Source: an uncultured archaeon (GTDB lineage Archaea > Asgardarchaeota > Lokiarchaeia > Sigyniarchaeales > Promethearchaeaceae). From it: a DNA stretch of 28,456 nucleotides. The notes beneath the pieces are model-generated. The model had not been told where the DNA came from. It saw only the letters and a list, made by a program, of their open reading frames with translations, and did no database searches. The DNA lies in NCBI GenBank assembly GCA_964426185.1, contig CAYRPF010000029.1, positions 6,571 through 35,026 on the forward strand. Direction: 5' to 3'. Of the stretch, positions 20,353-28,456 are shown piece after piece (position 1 is the stretch's first letter; the number at the start of each line of letters is the position of its first letter). The translations under genes and the position numbers were made by a program.

Positions 20353-20699
20353 AATTCTTTATATTTTGAAGAAGATTCGCACCGACAAAACCCTTTAACA
20401 AGCTTCCAGCAATTCCAGGCAAAATAAAACGATTTTTGGTGAATTCCAGCAATCATGTTTCGATATTTTTATTCTCATTTTCTGAGAGGCATTAAGTCAG
20501 ATTTCAGTTGTGAATGGTAAAATTAATGAATGCTATGGGGCTAAGCCATATTGTATTGCTATCTTTTACCATTTTCCATCATGTGAAATTTTCATCGTGA
20601 ATTATTCTGCTTAAGAAAAATTTGTAATGTATCCATCTTTTCTCCAAAAGTGACAAAAAAATTATTAGGTCATGATTCTTCAATCAATGTGAAATTCGT

Positions 20700-21356
20700 A
20701 TGAAAACCCCTAATATCATTAGGCGCTTAGTAAATGAAATCAGCGCAGAACCCATAAATGATGAAGATGATAATCTTCCAATTGAATATTATGAATTGAG
20801 AGAATTGGCCAAAACCCGCGTTTTGCTTAAATCTTCTCTTAAAACACATATTTTCATCTACCTTATTGTAAATACATTTTTAATCATCCTAAATATTTTA
20901 GGAAATATACCTCCCGTGTCCAACTTCACAGATCTTTGGAGTTTATGGAGCATTCTCGGCTGGGGATTACTTCTGGTTGCCCATACCATGATATTAGTCA
21001 CAAATAATATTCCAAATTTAGAATATCGTATTTATATCATCACATCAACAATTTTACTGTATATCGGTCTTTTCCTAATTTACCTAAACAACTATTTGTT
21101 TATTGCAGGACAAACTAGCGACTATTGGTGGTATTGGCCAGATATAGCAATAATTTTATTTATTTCAGCATATGCTTGGATTGTTTTCTATTCGGAAAAT
21201 AAGGAAAAGTTCAAATCTCGAGTGGACAAGGAAATAGCTGAATTGATTGAGAAAGAAGAATTGAAAGAAAATGATGAAAAAAGCAGAGCTGCTAATGGTA
21301 GTAATGTTCAAGTTAAAGATAAGAAGAAAAACAAGAAAAAAGGTGAACTAATCTAA
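20700..21356 (+). CDS. Membrane protein with 2TM domain(s)
   Basis: 2TM pattern 'HIFIYLIVNTFLIILN...WSLWSILGWGLLLVAH', a second degenerate copy ('LIYLN...WWYWPDIA'), then charged tail 'VDKEIAEL'. Confidence 0.8.
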   Translation: MKTPNIIRRLVNEISAEPINDEDDNLPIEYYELRELAKTRVLLKSSLKTHIFIYLIVNTFLIILNILGNIPPVSNFTDLWSLWSILGWGLLLVAHTMILVTNNIPNLEYRIYIITSTILLYIGLFLIYLNNYLFIAGQTSDYWWYWPDIAIILFISAYAWIVFYSENKEKFKSRVDKEIAELIEKEELKENDEKSRAANGSNVQVKDKKKNKKKGELI

Positions 21357-21374
21357 GAGAAGTGTATCTAAAAC

Positions 21375-21986
21375 ATGTTTTCAAAAAAAATTCGACTTTC
21401 AAAAGGGAATAGAACAATTTCTGTAGCAACTGCACTGGTTTTGCTGGCAATAGATGATCTTATTCAAGAAAATCAAGGCGGAGAAAAAGTCGTTTATGGA
21501 TATCAAATTATGGGTCATTTAAAAAATAATTACTCATGGAATGTTAAATCTGGAACCGTTTATCCTATTTTGAAGAAATTATCTCAAGAAATGTTGATTA
21601 AAAAAGGAGTAGGTCCCGATACCAATAGTAAAAGGCAAACAATCTTTTATTCAATCTCCCGTCGTGGCGAAAAATTAGCAAACGAGATTCGATCATTGAA
21701 TGATGAAGCATTGGATGCAGCTTTAACTTCTGGCTCCACGTTAAAGAATAAAACACCATATAAATTAGTCAAAGAAGGATTTCCCTCAAATAATTTTGCA
21801 GAACATTATCTCAGCCCTATATTACGGGATTTTTGCCAAAATGTTTCCAATTTGATTGCTAAGCAAGATAAAGAAGGGCTTTCAAGGATAGAACAAGAAA
21901 TTGAGGTAGCGATAACAAAATTAGATTCTGTAAAGGAAATCCTAAAAGGTGAGATTGAAAAAATAAGAACTTTAAAAAAACTCTGA
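21375..21986 (+). CDS. PadR-family transcriptional regulator with C-terminal coiled coil
   Basis: 'YGYQIM', 'SGTVYPILKKL', 'YSISRRG'; 18 bp downstream of the 2TM gene. Confidence 0.88.
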   Translation: MFSKKIRLSKGNRTISVATALVLLAIDDLIQENQGGEKVVYGYQIMGHLKNNYSWNVKSGTVYPILKKLSQEMLIKKGVGPDTNSKRQTIFYSISRRGEKLANEIRSLNDEALDAALTSGSTLKNKTPYKLVKEGFPSNNFAEHYLSPILRDFCQNVSNLIAKQDKEGLSRIEQEIEVAITKLDSVKEILKGEIEKIRTLKKL

Positions 21987-21996
21987 AATTTTTATT

Positions 21997-22413
21997 TCAT
22001 CCTACTAGTTGGCAGTAAATTGTTCTTTTTCGCGCTTTTTCATCAAATTCACAGAAAACAATTTGTTGCCATGTTCCCAGAATTAATTCTCCATTAATAA
22101 TAGGAACAGTTTGACTGGGAGGGACGAAAAATGAGCGTAAATGGCTATGTCCATTATGATCTCCCCAGGTTTGATGATGTTGGTAATCAGGACCGGCGGG
22201 AAAGAGTTGCTGTAGCATTGTTGGAACATCAATTTTGACTAATCCCGGTTCAAATTCCAAAAAAGAAATACCTCCCGTCGATCCAGGCATAAATATTGTT
22301 ACTGTTCCATCTTTAATATTTGATTTTTGCACACACCGCTCAACATTGGGCGTTATATTGACAATTTCATCAGGAACGGTTTGTATATCGAATTTAAAAG
22401 TTTCAGTAACCAT
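21997..22413 (-). CDS. yjbQ: YjbQ / UPF0047 (secondary thiamine-phosphate synthase) family
   Basis: 'VNITPNV', 'GSTGGI', 'EPGL', 'YQHH', 'NGHSHLRS', 'LILGTWQQIVFCEFD', 'RTI'. ATG 22413 preferred to GTG 22437. Confidence 0.92.
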   Translation of the reverse strand: MVTETFKFDIQTVPDEIVNITPNVERCVQKSNIKDGTVTIFMPGSTGGISFLEFEPGLVKIDVPTMLQQLFPAGPDYQHHQTWGDHNGHSHLRSFFVPPSQTVPIINGELILGTWQQIVFCEFDEKARKRTIYCQLVG

Positions 22414-22474
22414 CTCATTTTCACCAATATCTTGCACAATTGCATAGAATTTCTTGGAAGTGCATGAATTTTTA

Positions 22475-23614
22475 CTAAATTAAAGGAGGATCTTTAGGGG
22501 TATAGGTCAATTTATCATATCCATCCTCCTTAATAACCAAATCATCCTCCAAACGCACACCCCATTGACCTTCCCAATATAAACCGGGTTCATTGGTGAT
22601 GATCATGTTTTCTCTCTGAAGAATACTATCCGGCATTTTCGCCCGCATACCTCCTCCCACATCATGTACTTGAAAGCCTAATGAATGGCCTAAACTGTGA
22701 AAGTAAAGCTTTTCATGGTCATATCCTTTTTCTGCTAAAGCTTCTCGAACCCGAATCGCAGGTAAATTCATAGGATTTCCTGCTTTGATCACCTTATAAC
22801 TTTTCGCTTTGGCATAATTCAGCGCTTGATAGGAATTCACAAAATCTTCGGATGGTTCTCCACCAATCCAATAAGTCCATGTAATATCGGAACACATTCG
22901 ATGAGGTTTCATCCCAGAATCAATTAATAGTACACCTTTCTCGATTTTTTTATCAGAACCATTATGGTGGGGATCAGCCGCGTTTGCGTTATTGGCTATG
23001 ATGGCTGGAAAACCAATTCCACCATTTTCCAAATATTTTGCTTCTAATTTTCTCTTTACTTCATTCTCGGTCATGCCGATTTTTACCCAATTGGGTAGAT
23101 CCTCCAATATTTCCAGGTTTATCTTGGCAGTTTCACGTAAATCTTCGATATCTTCATTAGTTTTTATAGTGCGTAATTCGTAAATAATAGGTGCAGCGGA
23201 GAGAAAATTAGTATTTGGTGCGAGCGATCTTAACGCACGATATTCTCCTAGGGGTAAATATTCAGCAAATGCAGTACTTTCCATAGATAGTACATTTTCT
23301 CCAAAATCAAGCGCAATTTTGGGTTTGTTAAGGATTTTTTTTAATTTTTCCTGAATATCATCAAATCCAGTATAGGCCGAAACTTGGGCATTTACACCCA
23401 TTTTATTTAATTGCTTTTCTACCATGGGTTTTTCCATAGTACATGTTAAAACCTGATGGTTTCCCGAACGGTCAATATAAATGTAATGTCGAATGTGTAC
23501 TTCTAAATTTAGCATAAATTCAGAATGAATATCTGAGCCTTCGGAACAAGCGATGAGCCATCCATCAATTTCATTTCTATCGAGAAGATGTTGGGCACGT
23601 TCAAATAGATTCAT
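22475..23614 (-). CDS. M24 family Xaa-Pro amino/dipeptidase
   Basis: 'LRTIKT', 'ADPHH', metal ligands in 'IDSG', 'SDIT', 'HSLGHSLGFQVHD', 'TNEPGLY', 'GVRLEDD'. Confidence 0.93.
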   Translation of the reverse strand: MNLFERAQHLLDRNEIDGWLIACSEGSDIHSEFMLNLEVHIRHYIYIDRSGNHQVLTCTMEKPMVEKQLNKMGVNAQVSAYTGFDDIQEKLKKILNKPKIALDFGENVLSMESTAFAEYLPLGEYRALRSLAPNTNFLSAAPIIYELRTIKTNEDIEDLRETAKINLEILEDLPNWVKIGMTENEVKRKLEAKYLENGGIGFPAIIANNANAADPHHNGSDKKIEKGVLLIDSGMKPHRMCSDITWTYWIGGEPSEDFVNSYQALNYAKAKSYKVIKAGNPMNLPAIRVREALAEKGYDHEKLYFHSLGHSLGFQVHDVGGGMRAKMPDSILQRENMIITNEPGLYWEGQWGVRLEDDLVIKEDGYDKLTYTPKDPPLI

Positions 23615-23636
23615 AAATTGTCTAAGTTCACCCAGA

Positions 23637-23662
23637 TTTTAAAGGATCGTTTTAAAGGATCG
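23637..23662. repeat. Perfect 13-bp tandem repeat (TTTTAAAGGATCG x2) in the divergent promoter
   Basis: 23637-23649 and 23650-23662 are identical; they lie between the M24 start (23614) and the TTTATAT box (23669-23675) of the 23698 gene. Confidence 0.85.
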
Positions 23663-23697
23663 GTAAGATTTATATTCACTATCCTAAAAATTGTAAT

Positions 23698-25386
23698 ATG
23701 GTAAAAAAGCGCGTAATTCTTTTCGGTATGATTATAATCACCTCCTTTATTTTGCAAATCATTGCCCTTTCTTGCTTCATTCCAGTAAAAAGCGATCACG
23801 ATATCGAATTTGATTATGTTTATAAGTGGAAATTGAATGGCAAAACGGGGGATTATTACGATTATGATGAAAAAATGACCACAACTGGGCATTATGTGGT
23901 GGATTTTGATGGAGATGTGGCTAATGTCATTGCGGAATTCAGTTGGAAATGGAAAGCAACCTATCAAGGTAGTTACTACGATTCAGCAGAGGGTGCGGAT
24001 GAGTACATTTTTCAATTTTCGTTGATTGATGGAAAATATATAGGTTATCAAACTGATCAAGATGAGTATCATCCTGATATGGGAGTATGGTTCTATATTC
24101 CGAACATTGAAACAACAAATTCACATAAAATTCTTACAGGAACTTATCAAAAATCACAAGTGAAATCTCTTGAAACAATTTGGATACGATCATTAAGCCC
24201 GCAGTTAGGTTATAAATTCACCGATACTGGGAATTTTCACCGAAATGATGAGTACGGCAACATGGACGCCACATATCGCAGTGATTATTACTTCACCAAA
24301 GAAGGTTACTTACTTGGTGAAATTTATTCTGAATCAGATAAAGGGTACAGCAATGGATATTACAGCACATATGATGTTAATTCAAAAGTTTTTGTGTATT
24401 CAAGTAATTATGGCCGATCTTTAAACTATTTTTATTTCTTGTTATGCTATTGGCTCCCTATTATTGTAGTTTATGGATATGCTATTGCATTGAAAAATTA
24501 TAATATTCGGCGAAGAAAACACATCAATTACCGAGAAAAAACCTTGATATTTCAACCGAATATTGATTTTAAAATAGAAAATGCCGACTTCAGCTCAATT
24601 TACAAAAGTTTAATCCCAGCGTTTGTGTGGCGCACATACCGTCAAGAAGGTAAGGTTTATTCAATAACTGATGATAATAAATTAAAGGGATTAGCTCTAA
24701 TTGATGCTAAGGGAAAAGTAGGAACACTTTTTGGGAAATATCAAAGCTTAATGATTAAGCAGACTAAAATTGATTATTTCTTTACCGAAAATACACAGCA
24801 ACATCGATATCACTGCATTGATAACTATGATATCTTAAGAATTCCCAATTTGTCTGCCCAAAATTTCGATTATAATGCATTTCTGGTAAATCCTTTAGCT
24901 GAAAAATATGTTCCGGCAGTTGTCGATCTTATTTCAAACGAAGATTTTGGCAAAGTATTACCAGAAGTCTGGAAATGGGTTCATCAAGCCATAAGCAATG
25001 AGATTGCATATGTTGCAATAGCAAATATAAAAGAACCATGGGTAAAAGAAATATTAGATGCATTAGAGACAAAGAAATTCCCCCCTCCTGAAGCTGTGGA
25101 AGAAGATGTAATAATGGGAGTAGGATTCGCGGTTATCTATCAAGATATAGGATGGTTGTACGGACTTTATGTTCATCCTGCATTTAGGAATTTAGGAATT
25201 GGTAGAAATCTTGCTCTGGCTCGGTTATCTGCTTTAAAAGAACTGGGAGCAAAAGAAGTGTTGACAGAAATTGGTCAATGGAACGGACCTGCAAAAAAAA
25301 TCTATGAAAATTTCAACACAAAAACAGTAGGGAAAATATATCTGTATGGTAAGAAGAAACCCACAGTTCGCATCCGCCGTAGATAG
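23698..25386 (+). CDS. Membrane-spanning GNAT acetyltransferase: signal/TM, Tyr/Asp-rich ectodomain, TM, cytoplasmic GNAT domain(s)
   Basis: Hydrophobic N-terminus; TM 'YFYFLLCYWLPIIVVYGYAIAL' followed by 'RRRK'; GNAT motif A 'LYGLYVHPAFRNLGIGRNL' and motif B 'NGPAKKIYENF'. Confidence 0.85.
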   Translation: MVKKRVILFGMIIITSFILQIIALSCFIPVKSDHDIEFDYVYKWKLNGKTGDYYDYDEKMTTTGHYVVDFDGDVANVIAEFSWKWKATYQGSYYDSAEGADEYIFQFSLIDGKYIGYQTDQDEYHPDMGVWFYIPNIETTNSHKILTGTYQKSQVKSLETIWIRSLSPQLGYKFTDTGNFHRNDEYGNMDATYRSDYYFTKEGYLLGEIYSESDKGYSNGYYSTYDVNSKVFVYSSNYGRSLNYFYFLLCYWLPIIVVYGYAIALKNYNIRRRKHINYREKTLIFQPNIDFKIENADFSSIYKSLIPAFVWRTYRQEGKVYSITDDNKLKGLALIDAKGKVGTLFGKYQSLMIKQTKIDYFFTENTQQHRYHCIDNYDILRIPNLSAQNFDYNAFLVNPLAEKYVPAVVDLISNEDFGKVLPEVWKWVHQAISNEIAYVAIANIKEPWVKEILDALETKKFPPPEAVEEDVIMGVGFAVIYQDIGWLYGLYVHPAFRNLGIGRNLALARLSALKELGAKEVLTEIGQWNGPAKKIYENFNTKTVGKIYLYGKKKPTVRIRRR

Positions 25387-25428
25387 ATATAAATCATTTT
25401 AGGAAGATATAAGGAGTTCATTTGAAAG

Positions 25429-26658
25429 ATGGAACAAGAAAAAAGAATTCGATCGGATAATTATACTCAACATCTAACACAATTAAAGAACTTTCAATTA
25501 ACCCTCTATTCGGTACCACTTTCTTCGTGCCAAACAAATCCCCATTTCACTCATTTAAAATCATGGATCATGTTGCATATTGGAACGGGAAGTTACCAGT
25601 TACTTGCAAAAATCCATCCGGAATTATTTCACCAAGAAATGTCGGTTATTTCTGCCATTCGAGATGAAAATCGAAATGCAATCATTCCAGATCGTTTCAT
25701 CATTATAGAAAATCGTAGATATTTCCTTTCAATTAAAGGTTGTGGTGCCTATGAGGATATGTTTGAAGGAGGGCAATTAACACAACAAAGTCTAAGAAAT
25801 ACATGTCGAGATCCAAATTTACTTCCCAAAATTAAGGAATTAACAAATACAACTGGATTTTTCATGGCGGAAAATTGGATGGGTGAGAGCCCTTACGGTG
25901 CACAAGGTGAATTGAATGCCAATGATGAATTGGAATTTTCCACATTGGCCAATCCTCTGCATATTAATGGCGCATATCTCTGTCCTGTTATCGCAATTAT
26001 CCGTATACCAGAACCAATTGAAACATTGGCGAGGAAGTTTTTTTGGTATCGAACTTATAAAAAACCATTTTACCAAGTAATCCGCTTGGTTCCTTCCAAA
26101 ATACGGTTATATTTCGAATCTACGGAGGTACTTAAACATCCCGAGCAGTTAATGGACGTATTAGGGATAGATACGGGAGAAGAACTGCGTGAATTTGAAT
26201 TGAATTTTATCAGAAGCGGCATCGCTCTTCTATCCCTATTTACCCGTTCTGCAATCATTCAAGAAAATACAATTAAAGGATTAATCTATCAAGATGTTTG
26301 GTTAGATAAAGATGCAATTTTGGCTCTTGATGGAACCATTCATTTCGCAGACATCGAAGGTTTAATGTATTCAACCGTACAATTAGCAGATTATCCAAAT
26401 TTTCAAGAAAAAGAATGGCAGAAATTAGCTTTCGAGTTTCTTTTTGCATTAAATAACCTGGATAAGACACGCCGTCAACTTGAAAATCTTTCTTTAGATT
26501 ACACTTCTCAAAGACTGGAATTGGCAAATTTAGTTCAAGAGTCTTTGGAAACTGATCCCATTGCCGATACAACTGTCCATGATAGAAATCTATACATAAA
26601 AATTCAGTGGAAATCGCTTCCACCTATAGAAATTCCTTTTTTAGAACAATTTCATTAA
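25429..26658 (+). CDS. Uncharacterised protein with SelO/YdiU-like kinase-fold motifs
   Basis: 'FLSIKGCG', 'GESPYG', 'CPVIAII', 'IRLVPSKIRLYF', 'WLDKDAIL..DG..HFADIEG'; AAGGAG upstream. The CDS is certain; the fold call is tentative. Confidence 0.6.
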   Translation: MEQEKRIRSDNYTQHLTQLKNFQLTLYSVPLSSCQTNPHFTHLKSWIMLHIGTGSYQLLAKIHPELFHQEMSVISAIRDENRNAIIPDRFIIIENRRYFLSIKGCGAYEDMFEGGQLTQQSLRNTCRDPNLLPKIKELTNTTGFFMAENWMGESPYGAQGELNANDELEFSTLANPLHINGAYLCPVIAIIRIPEPIETLARKFFWYRTYKKPFYQVIRLVPSKIRLYFESTEVLKHPEQLMDVLGIDTGEELREFELNFIRSGIALLSLFTRSAIIQENTIKGLIYQDVWLDKDAILALDGTIHFADIEGLMYSTVQLADYPNFQEKEWQKLAFEFLFALNNLDKTRRQLENLSLDYTSQRLELANLVQESLETDPIADTTVHDRNLYIKIQWKSLPPIEIPFLEQFH

Positions 26659-26697
26659 AAAAGAACAACCAACTACAAAAAAGGTGAATAGAAATAT

Positions 26698-28434
26698 ATG
26701 ATTAATAATTTAACCTCTCAAGAGGGACTTGAAATCTTAGAATCGCTAAAAAATCATGAATTTATTCCTGTAGACTTGGAAAATATAAAAAATTTAGAAG
26801 AATTAGGAATAATTCATGGCCGAGAGCCATTGGATATTAACGGAATAATCCAAATAGATTTAGATGAGAAAAAAAGGGAATATCAAGAGCAGTTGCAAAG
26901 ATACGATACTTTAAAGGAAAAATTTATTCAAATATCAAAGGAAAGAGATAATTCAAGATATTTGAGTGAATTCTTTTACCCATTTGGCTTTGGTAAAAAA
27001 CGGAAAATGGTAAAAAGGCTTTCATCCATCATGAATCAAATTCGTTTGGAAGAAGAGCAATTAGCCAGACTTAAAAAGGAAATATTGAAGATGATCACCC
27101 TTCGAGATGGTGAACTTGGCTCCATCCAGTTTAAAAACAAAAGTTACAGAATTACACCTAAGGGAATAAGCTTAATTCGAGAAATTAAAATCCGTCCGCG
27201 TTTTCTCAATCGCAATATGGAAGATCTATTAAAATTCTTGAACTTAGTAGATCAAAATTATCAAAATCAAATTGATACGGTGCAATCTCATATCACAGGT
27301 CGGAAATTTTCTCCAATTCTCGTTCCATATATAGCAGATTTAGATCAACTCCATCTGGTTCCGTACTTCGATAGAATAGGAAGGAAACATAATCCTTACG
27401 TAGATCGAATTGTTCCCGAAGAACGAATTATCAAAAAAATGGTAGATGAATTATACGATTTTCCAATTTCACCAAATTTTCTGAAGCAAACTAACAAACT
27501 TTATCGAATAATGAAAAATATCATGAACTCTTTTGGTAGTGTTCCAAATGAAATTAGGATTACAATGCGATTAATATCATATATTCTACTTTATTGGGCA
27601 TACAACCAAACACGAGATGATTCCAAAAACTTATTGAAGCATCCACTAATATTGAGATTCATTAACAATTTAAATGAATTAGAAAGAAATTATTTTGGTC
27701 ATTCCTCCTCAGAAGAAAAGTCACATTATTCCGATTTAAAAATTGGTAGATATAAAAAACTGCATCCACTTACTTCATTATTTATATTGGCATTAAGCGA
27801 TGATCCTTCTAAATTCAGCTATTTTCTACCTAAAGTTAATCATGGATTAAAGGGAGCCACTTTTTTTGCATCAACCTTATCAATAATGCCTTGGACAAAA
27901 GAAGAATCATGGTTACTGCTTAAAAGAGCAGAAAAACAAGTTTTAATGGCCCAAAGTGTCCAATTTATTCCTGAATTGCTAGAATATAGTATTATTTTAA
28001 ATTTGAATCCTAAGTTGCTATCAAGTATTGGAGAATTAAGTGAAGTTGATCTAAAATACTGGAAATATGTAATTTTACCGATTATAGCTTCAATTGATAT
28101 CTTTTCATTGAATGAAGAAATATCAAATTATGTAGAAAAATACCCATTGTCCTACATCACCAATCCTCGCCCGTATTACCATTATTATGGTTATTATCAT
28201 AGAAGAACTTGGTATTTCTGGATTGGAAGACTACATCGGCATTATTATCGACGATATCCCACAACAACGACATATACTACTTATCATACAGGAACTCGAG
28301 GAGGACGGATGCACTCTAATCGATTAATCAGTGGAACCAGAGGTGTTGGTTCGGTGGGTAGATTTGGAGGAGGAAGTCGAGGTTCGATGAGGGGTAGCCG
28401 GTATTCTTCTCTTCACCATCATACTATTGGTTAA
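26698..28434 (+). CDS. Uncharacterised protein: wHTH-like N-terminus split by a coiled coil, helical core, Y/H/R- and G/R/S-rich C-terminal tail
   Basis: 'KNLEELGII'...coiled coil...'YRITPKGISL'; tail 'PRPYYHYYGYYHRR...RGGRMH...GRFGGGSRGSMRGSRYSSLHHHTIG'; AAGGTGA RBS at 26681-26687. Confidence 0.75.
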   Translation: MINNLTSQEGLEILESLKNHEFIPVDLENIKNLEELGIIHGREPLDINGIIQIDLDEKKREYQEQLQRYDTLKEKFIQISKERDNSRYLSEFFYPFGFGKKRKMVKRLSSIMNQIRLEEEQLARLKKEILKMITLRDGELGSIQFKNKSYRITPKGISLIREIKIRPRFLNRNMEDLLKFLNLVDQNYQNQIDTVQSHITGRKFSPILVPYIADLDQLHLVPYFDRIGRKHNPYVDRIVPEERIIKKMVDELYDFPISPNFLKQTNKLYRIMKNIMNSFGSVPNEIRITMRLISYILLYWAYNQTRDDSKNLLKHPLILRFINNLNELERNYFGHSSSEEKSHYSDLKIGRYKKLHPLTSLFILALSDDPSKFSYFLPKVNHGLKGATFFASTLSIMPWTKEESWLLLKRAEKQVLMAQSVQFIPELLEYSIILNLNPKLLSSIGELSEVDLKYWKYVILPIIASIDIFSLNEEISNYVEKYPLSYITNPRPYYHYYGYYHRRTWYFWIGRLHRHYYRRYPTTTTYTTYHTGTRGGRMHSNRLISGTRGVGSVGRFGGGSRGSMRGSRYSSLHHHTIG

Positions 28435-28456
28435 ATGGAAACCGTGTAATTTTTTT

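Noticed and set aside
20171-20353. 60-aa ORF in the track
   Set aside because: Out-of-frame shadow of the better supported 20158-20331 ORF, which has an RBS, a Cys motif and a terminator.
25429-26700. Selenocysteine read-through in the SelO-like gene
   Set aside because: The ORF ends in TAA with no in-frame TGA or C-terminal CxxU/C motif.

Overview
Low-GC, gene-dense archaeal chromosomal window, almost certainly from an Asgard archaeon (Lokiarchaeia/Promethearchaeota-like). The evidence is a bona fide Lokiactin, an IPGY+TM 'Loki-CTERM' surface protein and archaeal TATA-type, often leaderless promoters. Ordinary genes: EamA/DMT transporter, GH2 beta-galactosidase, MBL hydrolase, Nudix hydrolase, Trbp111-like tRNA-binding protein, stand-alone E2 acyltransferase domain, acyl-CoA ligase, beta-hydroxyacid dehydrogenase, 2TM protein + PadR, YjbQ and M24 peptidase. 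There is also a DUF4011-SF1 helicase-nuclease (Hhe-like defence protein). Most notable: (1) a 3-gene operon at 23698-28434 (receptor-like membrane GNAT acetyltransferase, SelO-like kinase-fold protein, split-wHTH protein with a Y/H/RGG-rich tail), a candidate undescribed transmembrane signalling/post-translational modification system; (2) a juxtamembrane HF|S GPS/ZU5-like autoproteolysis motif in the surface protein; (3) a Vps5/SNX-BAR-like coiled-coil protein; (4) an unannotated 57-aa HiPIP-like Cys-rich ORF; (5) a 98-bp MITE-like element with an 8-bp target-site duplication; (6) a decayed duplication of the surface-gene/lacZ 3' ends; (7) a Urm1-like ubiquitin-fold protein ending in HGG. No rRNA, tRNA or CRISPR array was seen. 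All family calls come from motif recognition by eye, not database searches.
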